A stretch of DNA of 64,000 nt, taken from positions 1,364,001-1,428,000 of the forward strand of contig OZ287071.1 in NCBI GenBank assembly GCA_965645245.1, in the 5' to 3' direction. The translations under genes were made by a program, and so were the position numbers. This document shows, one piece after another, positions 51,850-64,000 of the stretch. This DNA comes from Massalongia carnosa. Its lineage: Eukaryota. The notes under the pieces are model-generated. The model was not told where the DNA came from, did not search any database, and saw nothing but the letters and a program-made list of their open reading frames with translations. Every line of letters begins with the position of its first letter. The first letter of the stretch is position 1.

Positions 51850-53158
51850 TCATGGGCTTCGCCCATTCCGCTTTCCGCGTTTTCGTGGTTGCCCATCTAT
51901 TTCGCGCAATGTATCAGCAACAAAATCTTCATTCTCGCTTCTACTCCCCTCCCCCAGTTCGTTACCCTCGACTTCCATCCTTTTCCCAAGTACACGGCTT
52001 CGTATGATGTCATATATCCATATAGGTAGTCGTACCAATATTGTCTTCCGTATCGTAGGCTTTGATATCTCATCCGGATCCAAAAGATATTCGCATTTCT
52101 CGCCGTTCTCGTCCTCCTCCTCTAAGAAAACGTTTCCGACCGAGTCTACTATCAGTACCTTTCCATTTTCTGCTTGGACTCTTTTCTTTGGTCCCTGAGG
52201 ACCGACATCAAATTCCGGCTCCAGAGTATTGGTGCTACCGCTTTCACGCGCTGCCCTAGGTTTCTTCTTATCCTTCTCCTTCTTGCCCTCCTTCAGTTGA
52301 AGACGTTTCTGCCTGCGGTTAAGCATTGTAGCACCTTCATCTTGCGCGGAAACAGGAGGTACTGCAATACCTGCACCGTCAATTCCTGGGATTCCTTTCA
52401 CCCCTGATTCGTCGCCCCATGCTGCTCGTCTTGCATAACGGATGTACCGCTCCACAAATCCTCTCTGCCTTTTCCAGCTCAAGTACATAGCTCCATAGTG
52501 CACGAGCCCGCCACCGATGACGAATAGCCCTACAAGGACAGAGCCCAGACCAGGACGGTATCGAGCATAATAGTAGCCTGTGCCTTTCCACTTGGGGAAC
52601 CCATTACTCAGGAAGTGATCGTACCGTTCCCTACCTGGGCCTTTCAGAATAGAAGCAATGATGGCTAACCGGGCGTAGCGCTCGCTAGCCTTCTTCACTG
52701 CATCTCGCACCTCATTTTCCGTCGGGCCTTTGCTCACATGCACCCCTGGCTTCTTCTTCTGCCCAAACTTTGACGTGGGGGTTGCCTTTGCTTTCGAAGC
52801 AGCCAAAGACTGCTTCACCTTATCCGGATGAATGGTCCTCGATTTCTTCCTGTACGCCTTGCTAATATCATCTTGCGACGCAGAGGATTTCACGCCCAAA
52901 TAATCTGAGATACTATTAGTATGAATGCTTTACCTTCCATACAGAAAGGCATACCATAAAATGTGACCTCTTCCCCTTCAGCAGCTATTATTTCGTCACG
53001 TAACCTGAAGATTTCATGATCTGGATGAAAATCCGATTATTAGTTTTGAGCCAACGGTGATGTGGACAGCCGTTGACAAGCACACCTTCTTTGCTCCAGC
53101 CAGCTACTAGTACTAGGACCCAAGCCCCTAAAAACAGCGCAGGCAATGACAACTTCAT
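51850..53158 (-). CDS. ER membrane J-domain protein (Erj5-like)
   Basis: Signal peptide then WSKE|DHEIFRL, HPDK, RERYDHFLSNGFPKWKGTGYYYARYRPGLGSVL transmembrane segment. Confidence 0.88.
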
Positions 53159-53797
53159 CGTTCGTGCATATGTGGGCTTAAGTATGATAATAAATTGGGA
53201 TGGCGAAGCAAGATTTCCCCTCGTTAGTGCCCCTTTGGAACGTGGTCCCAATGGCACATCCCTGTAGGAAGGAAAGCGACGCTACAACAACTCTTAACAA
53301 AACTCGATACTTCTGGTATCAGGGCAGACGCCTTGTCAGATCATTTCTGGGTATATTATGTCCAAGGGAAGCCTTGTCTTGCCATGCTTTGGCCTTTGGA
53401 AGTAGAACTTCTCACTCGAAGGGCGGGACAGAAAATGGCCCGAATCGAGTTCTACTCCCTACTCTAAGCCTGATCTGGCCTTCCTTGCGAGCAAAAGACG
53501 TTATATATCTACAAGTCTTCCACTGCCTGCCAACCAATCTGTTCAACCCCGACTAACTGACCCGTTTCTCCTGCTCAAACCTCTTCTCCTATACACTGTG
53601 TACGTAAACCATCAACGCGGCCTCATTTATCGTATCCTCTGCTGCCTATTACGCCCGTTGTTTAAAAGGTCGCCTAAAGTCTCTGAAGCTGACAGATTAC
53701 TCAACTCACTATCGTTTCTCGAAATCACAGTCGTCACATTCTTAAATACTTTCTATAAGGCTTCCTTCCTTTCAAAACCATACTTCACTCCTCAACC

Positions 53798-54328
53798 ATG
53801 GCACGTATTCAGGTTCCTCTTGAGGCCTTGACGTCTCGCCTCAATCTAGGATCTAGGTTTGAGAGCGTGCGTTCACAGTCGATCACTGCTAGATTTGCCA
53901 ACCTTAAGCCAATTTCCGAGTTTCTAGATCTTAAACGTCTTTCGAAGCCTGCCAATTTTGCTGAAGTCCAAAGCCGGGTGAATTACAACCTGGGATACTT
54001 TTCGAGTAATTATGTTGCTGTGGCTATTATGTTGGGGATATACAGCCTACTGACGAATATGGCGCTACTGTTTGACATTTTCTTTGTCGGTGCTGGGCTT
54101 TTTGCAATTAAGAAACTGGACGGCCGTGACCTTGAGCTTGGCTTCGCGCGTGCAACAACCTCACAGCTCTACACTGGGCTGGTTGTTATCGCGGTACCAC
54201 TGTTTATATATGCGTCACCTATCTCAACAGCACTGTGGCTGGTTGGGGCCACTGGAGTGAGCATCTTGGGACATGCGTCGCTTATGGACAAACCAATCGA
54301 TACAGCTTTTTCCGAGGAGGCGGTCTAG
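53798..54328 (+). CDS. YIP3: PRA1-family prenylated Rab acceptor Yip3
   Basis: KPISEFLDLKRLSKPANFAEVQSRVNYNLGYFSSNY, hydrophobic hairpins, GHASLMDKPIDTAFSEEAV*. Confidence 0.93.
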   Translation: MARIQVPLEALTSRLNLGSRFESVRSQSITARFANLKPISEFLDLKRLSKPANFAEVQSRVNYNLGYFSSNYVAVAIMLGIYSLLTNMALLFDIFFVGAGLFAIKKLDGRDLELGFARATTSQLYTGLVVIAVPLFIYASPISTALWLVGATGVSILGHASLMDKPIDTAFSEEAV

Positions 54329-54354
54329 GTGGTCGGCCGCGAACTCCACACGAT

Positions 54355-55614
54355 ATGCCCTTATGGGGAAGACCATCAGGGGCTCGCAAGGGGATGAAGG
54401 AGAAGGGCCGAAATAGGAAAACCAGGCAATGGGAAGAGTCAAGACGTTTTGAAGAGATTGACAGTGATGGTGACGATGAGCAAGGGGTTGTTTTAGACAG
54501 CTCATTTATGGGTGACGAACTATATTTTACCGGTGCTGACTTGGGATCTCGTCCACAAATTCGCCGGTCGCATGGTTATGATGAATTGTTTGGATCTTCG
54601 GAGGAGGAGCAAGGTTTGGATGATGACAGTTCTGGGGGTACAGTGCAGGTGGCATTGAGAGACAAACAAGATTTACTGGTTCAGAAGGCGCTGGAGCGGA
54701 TTCGCCGGGCTCAGCAGCTAGGAAGAACGGATGTTGAGCTTACACAACCTGAAATCGACGCTCTGACACGTAAGAGGCGAAAAGATGAAGCTGCCCGTAA
54801 AGCTGGAGTTCGGAGCTCCGAAGTTGCCAAGCGCCGCCAGAGTAGTGGGCAATTAAAAGAGGCATTAAGAGACCAAAGATCAAGCAACAGGAGAATCAAA
54901 ACCCCAATTTCTCATTTCGGCGGCCCGCCCCCCAGTCCCAAACAGACCACACCACCGGGTATCGTCATTTTAGGACCTGATGGCAATCCATCCTATCAAG
55001 CCTTTGAGCATTATCCAACTATTGCTGTGGAACCTTATAGTAGACCCTCACGCTCTGGATCACAATCAGCTAGCTCACATAGCCAGCTAAAGTCGACTCC
55101 CCCCTTGACGTCAAGCCAGTTTCGACCCCCCAAAGCAAGATACTTTTCGGTCCCAGAGGCCACTCGGCCATCATCAATGTATCCAACGAACCCTCAGTCT
55201 CATCGTCTACCGGATGATCCCAACTGGCACCCTCGTCCTAGATCAGCTTCATCTACTCCATCATATGCAGCCAGAACCGTTCAGGACCAGACTTATTTAC
55301 CTTCCTTACCTTACAAGCACTCCCAGCATGCTCAAGCCAGGAGAAATGTATCTAGGCCACCAGAATCGCAGTATATTCGCTCAAGGAAAAAGAACCCTCA
55401 ACCAATGCACTTTGCAGCAACATCTGAGCCGTCCCTCCATTTGGAGCGCCCTTCTCAGAGGCTACAAGAATACAGCAGAAGCAGCGATGACGCTGACGAC
55501 GACAATGGAGATTACGGTGTGGAGGTTGATGTGGGACCCTACGGTCAAAGCTATGGGGTTAAAATTAGGCCTGAGGAATTTGCAAGTGGCAGAATAAAAA
55601 GGGATGACCAGTAG
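54355..55614 (+). CDS. Low-complexity protein ORF whose frame overlaps the YIP3 3' end (-1 frame)
   Basis: Frame is open from at least 54235; first ATG is 26 nt after the YIP3 stop; motifs LVQKALERIRRAQQLG...VELTQPEIDAL and LPDDPNWHPRPRSASS. Confidence 0.8.
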   Translation: MPLWGRPSGARKGMKEKGRNRKTRQWEESRRFEEIDSDGDDEQGVVLDSSFMGDELYFTGADLGSRPQIRRSHGYDELFGSSEEEQGLDDDSSGGTVQVALRDKQDLLVQKALERIRRAQQLGRTDVELTQPEIDALTRKRRKDEAARKAGVRSSEVAKRRQSSGQLKEALRDQRSSNRRIKTPISHFGGPPPSPKQTTPPGIVILGPDGNPSYQAFEHYPTIAVEPYSRPSRSGSQSASSHSQLKSTPPLTSSQFRPPKARYFSVPEATRPSSMYPTNPQSHRLPDDPNWHPRPRSASSTPSYAARTVQDQTYLPSLPYKHSQHAQARRNVSRPPESQYIRSRKKNPQPMHFAATSEPSLHLERPSQRLQEYSRSSDDADDDNGDYGVEVDVGPYGQSYGVKIRPEEFASGRIKRDDQ

Positions 55615-55923
55615 TTAATGTGAATTCTTAAACAGTTCTGTGTGTTTCATATCTGGTGGTTAGGTATCTCTAAATTGCACATGCCGGTGGCTTCTATTTC
55701 CAAACATCGGTTGTTGGGCCTTATCTACAAAACATAGATTTCATGTATTCATCGGTGAAGCTAAAACCCCCAGTTTAGATGTGTATTTTGACTTAACCCC
55801 CATTCACTTGATAAGCATAATAAGAAATAAGATTCAGATCAGCGTATTGTTAGACGGCCTCCTTGACGAACAAACACAGATGACCTTCGAATGCTTATTG
55901 ACATCTCCATCCATGTACAAAAA

Positions 55924-57043
55924 CTACCTCTCAACCAGGTTCTCTATGATTTTGTCCTGCATTGCCTTGCTCACGCCAATACGAATCAAATAACGTGGAA
56001 CGCTACCGTATGTGTTAACAATGTAATCGTAGATCTCAGCGACAAAGGTTGGAGGGCAGCCAGCAAAATCCTCAGTGAGTCCGAGCTCGCCAATCTCTAA
56101 CATGCGCGACTCCTTTTCAGGCAACAGCTCCCTTTCGCTTGCTAGGTAGTCTGCGGAGATGGCCTGGAGCGGCGCGTTCACGAGGAGCAACAGCAGCATA
56201 ATTGTCAGCCCCGTGCGGTCTTTCCCCTGCGTGCAATGGACAAGAAGCGGGTAATTCCTCGCGTCCGCCAGGAATTCGAATATCTCGCGGATCTCGTCTC
56301 GAGCGTGATCAATGGAGTCTTTCCCCAATCCGATCAGGCCGCGGGGTTGCATGACTTCACGGCCCAGTATGCTAATTGCCTCAGTCCTGTAGCCCATGAC
56401 CATCAATCTGATAAGCTCCCTAACATATGGTAAGAATTTGAGGGAGGGGAAAATAGGGGTTACTGGGGGGTAGAGACGCTAGACTAGCCCATTTCAGTCG
56501 CCATAGCAAGGCCCGTTCGAACGATTTGCCATTTAGGTTAATTTCGCGATATTCTATATCCGGAATCTTGAGAGACGCCGCTGTGGTTTCGTTTGATTGT
56601 AGGACTGCTGCCGAACTTGGAACGCTAGCACCGCGCTTTTGGGCCTGTTTGATATGTTCGGTCCTGAGGACATCTCAGTATATGAAAAGGTTCATCGTCA
56701 GGTCTGCGAAAGGGTACTTGGAGCGAAGATCTATAATGCTGGCAGTCTGATAACTACTCCGTATCTGTTCACGTTCTTCGGCTGATGCATCGTCAGGCTG
56801 ATCCCATTAGTCGAGTTTAGTCGAATGCTGGAAAGAGATCGTGCCCTTGCGCTCCGGAATAGCCGTCCTTCGCGTAAGACGCTTTCACACAGGGCGTTAG
56901 GCTCAATGTTGGCACTTTTGCACAACAACGTGAACTCACACCGATGCCTGAATGCTGTTTATGGTCTGACCCACATCGCGAAAGTTGAGAATTGTCTTGA
57001 AAGGGCTGCTAGGAATGAGATCAACATCACTAGACGATGTCAT
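55924..57043 (-). CDS. Tyrosine/serine phosphatase (Y_phosphatase3-like)
   Basis: ILNFRDVG, LFRSAR, IIDLRS, P-loop HCTQGKDRTG, ISADYLASE. Confidence 0.88.
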
Positions 57044-57568
57044 GGTTTGGGAATTGGGTATGTTTTTGGATGGAGGAAAGATTACAGAATCTGGAAGACC
57101 AGTGGCTGCAGAGAGATATTTGACCAATCACTCTAGATTGTAGTGCCACTGAAAGGGAAAGAACAACACGACTGCATGTAATTGAGAGTTATGCTAGGGA
57201 GATAGCGCTCTGGTTGATGTACTTTTCTATCGTAGTAAAGGGGAAATTCCTAAGAAAAGAAAAGTACAGAGTATTTGCCTATGGCCTTTCGATTCGCCGT
57301 CGATGAAGAGCTGGACTCCTCAAGATACACGGGACGATAGCAAGGGCCGACGAGCCGGTTCGTAACGCCAGCTACGTCATCTTTGGCTTTGTGGACGTTT
57401 ACCATGTTGGGCGTGCAATAACACGACACGTTACGATTGAATAACTACTCTTGGAACCTTTGATTTTCTTCAAGACTGGCTCGGGGTGTCCATATTCTAG
57501 TGTCATAGTTTTACGTGCTTCCAAAACATTGACTAGTTGATAACGAAGCTTAACGGCTAAGTCGTATA

Positions 57569-60500
57569 ATGTCTGCGTCCAGGTCTCCGAAGCTTGGGGA
57601 TCAGGGTAAGCCAGAAGTCTTCTCGTAATACTTGTTGTGTTCCTAAGCTGATGTTTGATAGCCACGACCGCCGCACTGTTTGCGACGAGAGCAGGAAAAG
57701 GTGGTCAATCCCAAAACACGTATCCTCTGGATGATGATAACAAACTGTCTTCCGCAGGTAAGCGCAGTATATTCTGAATGCCTATTCATCCAGGCGCTCA
57801 TAGTCTTGAATCAGGTGCGGCAACATCACTCAAATACGCAAGTCCACGCGATTTGCCATCGTACCCATCCGCTGGCCTCCCTAATTTAGAATCGTCTGCT
57901 GGAGCAGCTGCAAGTTTGGCCAATGCTAATAAAAAGACTTTCGAGCATTGGAAGCCGGATCCTTCGGCTTCGGCGAATAAGGCCGCTAATCTGGCAAAGG
58001 ATTTCAAAGCTCCTCCCTTGTGGCATCCCGATCCTTCGGACTCAGCGAACAAAGCGGCCAATCTAGCGAAAGATTATAAGGCTCCCCCGCTGTGGCATCC
58101 AGACTCGAGCGCGGCGGGGTCCAAAGCTGCCGTCATCGCAGCGAAGGATGGTGGGAACGTTCAGGTATGGCACCCTGTGGCTACGCAGGCCGGTAGCTCA
58201 GCAGCAGGACAAGCCATGCGTGTTAAAGGATTGAAGCCCCAAGGTGATAATGGCCACACCGCAGAAGGTAGCAGGAAAGCATTAATAGCCGCCACAGATG
58301 CAATGTCTAGTGGCAGGAAACGGGCTGGATCTTCTCCTGTGGTGAAGAGCAACTATCCAGACTCTGAAAACTCGGCTGCGAATGCTCTAAGCGCTGCTAA
58401 TTTTGCGAACAAGCCATACGTAAGAGTTGGCCAGGCTAAAACAAATATTCTTGGGGCTTCCACATCTTCGATAGATGCAGCGAGGATACATAACGCGGCC
58501 GTAACAAACTTATCACGCGAAATGTATACTTCAAATCCTCCGGTGGCACCAGAAACAGAGGAGAAGAACAGGCAAGCGGGATTGCGTGCTGCTGCTGTTT
58601 CGATGGCGAAACAGATGTACAGTATACAACAAAAGGCCATTGAACAAGCTACACGCGGCGACAAATCGGACAGCCAATATGCTGCCAATAGTGTTCATCA
58701 TCGTAAGGCATCAATCTCCTCAGCAGAAGATTCTTATCAACAGCCACCTCAATATATGAACCTTCAAGAAGCCGCGCAGAAGTTGGCAGCGGAGCGCCTC
58801 GCTAAGCTTCACGATGAGCACGCAGAATATAGAAGTTATTATGGAGCAACCACTCCCCCCCAATCACGACTTTCGCTACGAGGTCGTCAAAGACGACGTG
58901 CCTCAAGCGATGGGCCAATAAATGAATCTTCAGATAGTCGTTTCAAACAGAGTCGGCCAGAGGCGTCCATTTCAAATAGCCAAGTGGCACAAAATGATAT
59001 TACCAGACGTCAGAAGGATAGAGACTCGCTTATGGCAGCTGCCCAACGCAATGTGAGAGCCAGTATGCATGGTATCGATGAGAAAGTATTTGCCGAGACC
59101 GGAAAGGCGTCACCCGCGATGATGCAGAGTTGGGAAGCCAAGGCTCGCGCTCGCGCAGAGGCGGACAGCAAAGCAAGGATGGTTAATCATGGGATGGTGC
59201 ATATTGGTGCAGGAAAGTACCTTGACCAGTCAGAAATCGACGCCATTGCAGCACAACGAGTGCAGCCCACGTTGAATGAAATATATGCAAATGCAGAGAA
59301 GCAAAGAGCTCGAGATGAGCAGGTACGGCTTGAAGATCAAGAACGACACGAGTTTGCAGCAGCCAAGGTTCAAGATGACAAGGAACGTAGTCTCAAGACT
59401 AAAGAAGAATGGAAACGCTTTAGAGGTATAGATCGACTCTAAAATCTTACGAGTTTTTTGGTGTGCTAACTATATGTAGAAGAAGAGAAACAAGCGGCAA
59501 AAGCAAAGAAGGAGGAGGAAAACGCAAGAAAGATAGAAGACAAGCGTCTAAAGGATGAACAGAAGCGGAAGCCCAAAGAGGTAGTAGGAAGCCTCGGAGC
59601 CCCTATTCAAGCCTCGGATATTCCTGCACTTGGTCCCATTCCCAGCCTTGAGCCAATTTCTGCTGAGGAACATAGATACTCATCGGAGTCTTTACATTCA
59701 AGAGCGTCTCCAGGGAGACTTGCGAACGAACCTACGAGCCATGAATCTATGACTAAAGTATACGAGGAAGTTAGGATGAACGATGCAACGGAACCTGATT
59801 CTCTTGAAAGGCCTTCAAGAGAATCCAGCGAACTTGAGCGTGTACTTGCAGAGGAGGTAGTCCACTTTGGTTCAGACTTTGAAGAACATAACAAGCTGGA
59901 GCTGATATCTTCAGAGGACTCCTTCTCGGCCCAAGCAGTTTCTCCAACAGTAGTCAATCCTGAACCAACCAATGCTGAGGAAATGCAACACACTCCGGCT
60001 AAAGGCCTTGAAAATGCCGAATTGATTGCAGCGCGTGTGCTCTCTTCGCCGGTAGAGCCAGATACGTCAATCACAGAAGAAAATCCTTCAATAGCGCTTC
60101 CCGATAAAACAATGGTCAGCAAGCCCAGTACTGCATCGATGAAGATCGGGAAAGAGCTATCTACCCCGGGGTTACACATCGATTCAATCGGTGTCCGGAG
60201 TGCCCCTACAGCCACTACAGAAACCACAATCAGTGGCCCATCCACGGATCCCAAATCCCCAAAGGGTGAATACAAAGTTTCCTCGTGGCTCAAATCGACG
60301 TTCTTACGTCGTGCAAGCAAACCCGTGAAGCCAGATGACCTCGATCCTTCTGAAAATAACACTTCTGCTATTGCCTCAGGAGCTGGTAATGCTCCTGATG
60401 TGGAGAGCGCCGAGAAGGGGAAGAATGGTATTCGCAACGGGAAAATAACACATGACGACCGAACTGTCGCAGGTGATGATGAGCCAGTTAAGAAGCAGCC

Positions 60501-60723
60501 AAGAGACGCATCCTCTCACAGAAGTTCCCCTTTGGGCACTGAAGGCATTCAAGGACGATCAGAGCTGCGCCAGGACGATACGCCCAGCTCGCAGGGCGAA
60601 GAATTCGAAGAGGCAAGGGACCATTTCGACTCGGAGGAATTGGCCCCGCCAGTAGCATTCAAAAACACCGGACGAGCTTCGGACAGTCCGGTGCGGGATT
60701 CGAGGTTTCAGGAGGATTTGTGA
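57569..60723 (+). CDS. Eisosome protein 1-like protein
   Basis: LSSA|GAATSLKYA, LRAAAVSMAKQMY, NLQEAAQKLAAERLAKL, VHIGAGKYLDQSEIDAIAAQRVQPTLNEI, C-terminal FEEARDHFD...SRFQEDL. Confidence 0.82.
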
Positions 60724-61306
60724 TGGGGCTTCCGCGCACATGGATTAATTTATTGATGAATGTGGTTCTGATATCATTGTTATGAGCACCTTCGAGGTAT
60801 CGGGGATTTGAACATTGATGCTTTTTGGTGTTGGACGTCTTCTGTAACATCGATTTGGTTTAAAGAATACATTTTCCATTATATAAAACCATTCCTTATC
60901 TCCCCAGGGTTTTCACTTCTTGAACATGTTGGCGACGTGTTTAGACCTGGAAGATTGGTCAACTTTACATATTAATTCCTAGCAAGCTAATGTCTTGTAG
61001 AAATTTGCTTTAAATGTTCTTTGACCTTTATATACGTGAGAGCCTCATGTTAAGACCTTCAGGTATAAGGTTTAACAATAATTAACGCTGTTTTCCCAAC
61101 TTAGCCTGTCCCTTCGAAACCTCACTCTATGTATAGCACTCATTAATCTATGTATGTACGCGTTACCAAAGCATTCCCCACATCGGGTGCCCTTCTCAGG
61201 TATACGATGTTTCATCTCCCCAAACCATTTTCACCCTCGGCAGAGTTTCCAACGAAAGCTGGATTCCTTGAAAGCCATTACAATCCCACTACAGTCGGAG
61301 TTTCCA

Positions 61307-62641
61307 TCAAAAGTTTTGCGAGGTAATTGGTTTGGGCGGATGGGTGGCCCTATTGCCGTGATGTCCACCGTTTGGAATTTGCTCCCCTTGTTCAGGATCA
61401 ATGGCTACCTCCGGGTTTAGGCGGCTGGACTCGCCGCGTGCCACGTGCTCTGTGCCATTCATGTTTCCCATTTGAACGTTTTCCAGGTTGCTGGAAAGTT
61501 GCTTGGTTCGCGAAGCTGGTAGTAAATCCATGAAAAACGTCAAGACATAGAATGCGAAGATGAGCGCAATCACCCATTCTGTAAACCGAATCTAAGCATC
61601 TTGCGCGCTAATTCGCTTTTGCTGTGAGATCTTACCGAAAACGGCTGCAATGTTTTTATGCTTGCTGAACGATGTGGCAATGAAGATGGCAGCAAGTGTG
61701 GCTTCGACCACAACAATGGTCAGCTAGACTAGTAAAAATGAAAGGGGAGAGACGAATTCCTACCTTCAACGAGGATGAAAACAAGTTTGAGCCAAAAGGA
61801 CCTTCTGAGCACACGGTGCTGACGAAAATGGATGCCGAGGCGCTGATATTCGGCACAAACGAATATAGCACTTATGATATATCCGGCTCTGTTTTCAATA
61901 ATTAAAAGATCATCCCGCGAACCAGGGCATGGTGAAACGCACAGGAAGATAAGTAGAAAGCCGTCGTGCATGCGCGGATGGTGTAGGGTATCGAATATCG
62001 AAAGACATATCAGCCCTACCGTGCCAGCAACAGCAAAGAATACTAAAAGTTTTAGGAATAAACGGCAGTCGGCAGGCATGAGGAATGACCTACTCGAAAG
62101 GCTTGAGAGCACCTTCTCGGTAACGCCGCTGTTTCTTGCCAAACGACCCTTATGCCGTAACCATCTCTCGGCAGCAAAAGATAGATCGAGGAATACAGTT
62201 GTCACGACGCAGCCGGCGACGAAAAGAGGTTTTAGCCCCTGAGCACCAACGTCTAGGCCTGATTAGCCATAGCCATAGTATCGATGTAAAAGACGTAGAA
62301 CCGGAAATGTAGCTAGGCGTAGTGTCAGCTACGGGTGCATCGATGTAGCGGATTGTAGCTCATTTGCTCGTACGCGATCCGCTGACCGTTCTCCATGGAC
62401 ACATAGTGTGGCCTTTCGAACTGTTAGCATTAACTATCCTATTAACGATTTGACCGAGTTATCGAATCTTACGAGCCTTGAACTTCCCATGCAATAAACA
62501 TAGCCAACAGCATACCTGTGACATTTAGCTTATCTTTTTATTTCATTTTAAGAACCACAGGGTGTCTGGGGACTGACCCAGCCATACGCATGCGCTTATG
62601 AGCGGCAAGATCCAAACAAACAGGTACGTGACAGCAGCCAT
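61307..62641 (-). CDS. Frag1/DRAM/Sfk1-family membrane protein
   Basis: MAAVTYLFVWILPLISACVWLG, DVGAQGLKPLFVAG, ERWLRHKGRL, LSIFDTLHHPRMHDGFL, EYQRLG, EWVIALIFAFYVLTFFMDLLPA. Confidence 0.88.
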
Positions 62642-63338
62642 CTCTGAAAGATTCAACGACTATACAACGGTCGTTCGATGTAGCAGAGAACTTTTCATCC
62701 AACTTGGTGCTAGAAGCTGAGGAAACAAAGGTCGGCAAGCTTGGTGCTATAGTCTTTGACTGGTAAAGTATCGGGCATGGTGTCAAGCGGCTTAACGGAT
62801 ATTCTTGTTTTCAAACGCGAGTATCTTCTACGTCACGATGCTGGACACTCACTTTGAAACTTGATCGCATCTACGAGAGAGCTTATGATACGATCCTTTT
62901 TTCTTTTCATTCTCTTCTTTCGCTTTTTCTCCAGCTAAGTTAAGAAAATAAGTTACAAATCGGATCAATGGTATGCATGGGGCCTAAAACCCAAGTTAGT
63001 CACGGTGTCATTGCTCAAAGTAACCAGCTCCTCTCCACCACTACTCGCAAAGCTATCGACCTACCGCTTCGGGGCTCTCGTGGGCAACATACAGCTATGG
63101 GAAACTAATTTATCCAATCAAGTGGCAGTATCCTTGCTAAAACTGTTATTTTGCTTACTACTCGGGCCGCTGTGGAAAGATGACCAACTAACGGCACAGC
63201 ATGCTGGGGGCTTTAAACATTTCATACATGTTCACTCATCCAGAAGCGCAGAATATTTTTTCAAATCACTGCTTGCTGTAGCTGATTTTCAATAAATCTT
63301 TTGCTACAGCTTCTTCATCGGCACTTCATGAAATCAAC

Positions 63339-64000
63339 ATGGTGGCTGAGATGCCTCCCAGCCGTGAGGCCAATTCACATTATTATGCGAACCACACCCC
63401 CAGGATAATCGGTGCCAACGTTGCTCTGCTGGTCCTCTCGACTACCTTTGTGGTCTTGCGGCTTATATCAAGAAGGCTCTCCAAAGCAGGGTTTTGGGTG
63501 AGTACTCGTCCCACGCACCAAAGCGAGTTTACTACTAACTATAAGTTGACAAGTGGGATGATGGATTGATAGTGTTAGCAATGGGAAGCGCAGCCATTAA
63601 GCACCTTTAACTGGACGCGAATCTAACGGCGGACAGATCTTGTCTTATGGCCTTCCTATCTGCAACTTGATAGGTAGTCCGAGAGTTCGAAAACATATCT
63701 TGTCCCTTCTAATCATGCCTCAGCTTTACAACACGGGCATGGGAGACATGTATATATTCTGAAACCCGGCGTCATCTCGGCTTGGTTCGAAATCTTATAC
63801 ATATTCGAGATTTTCTACATCAGCTCTGTTTCTGTTGTCAAGTTCTCCATGTAAGAAAGTTCATAAACTAGCCTGGGTAACAGCATGTATTGAGTACTTG
63901 GAACAGCCTCGTATTCTACAGACGTATCTTTCCGATCCCACAACTTAGGCTTCCTCTATTACTCACAGGGATGATTGTCGTGGCTTTTATGTTGTCGATC
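63339..64000 (+). CDS. PTH11-like (fungal rhodopsin-domain) integral membrane protein, truncated by the window end
   Basis: TM1 followed by VVLRLISRRLSKAGFW|WDDGLI, HGHGRH, VKFSI and FYRRIFP motifs across several exons. Confidence 0.82.

Noticed and set aside
54326..54396. Stop-codon readthrough or A-to-I editing of the YIP3 TAG as the route into the downstream ORF
   Set aside because: The zero frame hits TGA about 23 codons later and is not the frame of the long ORF.
59607..60437. 276-aa antisense ORF, and similar antisense ORFs over SET1, PRE10 and the pheromone gene
   Set aside because: Shadow frames of real genes with biased codon use.

Overview
Gene-dense, intron-rich region of a filamentous ascomycete (Pezizomycotina) chromosome. 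It carries about 33 mostly housekeeping genes: SVP26, BUD23, IDH1, PRE10, RIB4, GFA1, SET1, TRM112, an Esc2/Rad60-like gene, LSM6, MDM31, PNO1, PRE7, PRE4, SDH6, YIP3, an EIS1-like and an SFK1-like gene, plus an alpha-factor-type pheromone precursor with five HHFCYRPGEPC repeats. An accessory island at about 43.6-49.4 kb holds an 8-Cys small secreted protein and a transposase-less CACTA-terminated element (44810-49362). That element carries a spliced accessory gene and a nested, intact pogo/Fot1 transposon with two-tier inverted repeats. The main highlights are: (1) a candidate programmed -1 frameshift at the end of YIP3 (T-TTT-TCC plus a downstream stem-loop) that would fuse it to a 434-codon ORF; (2) the nested CACTA/pogo element; (3) phased TCTTATTGA repeats in the pheromone promoter; (4) a frameshifted J-protein gene; (5) co-location of three 20S proteasome genes and of BUD23, TRM112 and PNO1. 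Exon boundaries were read by eye from splice signals and family names come from motif recognition. No database search was run.
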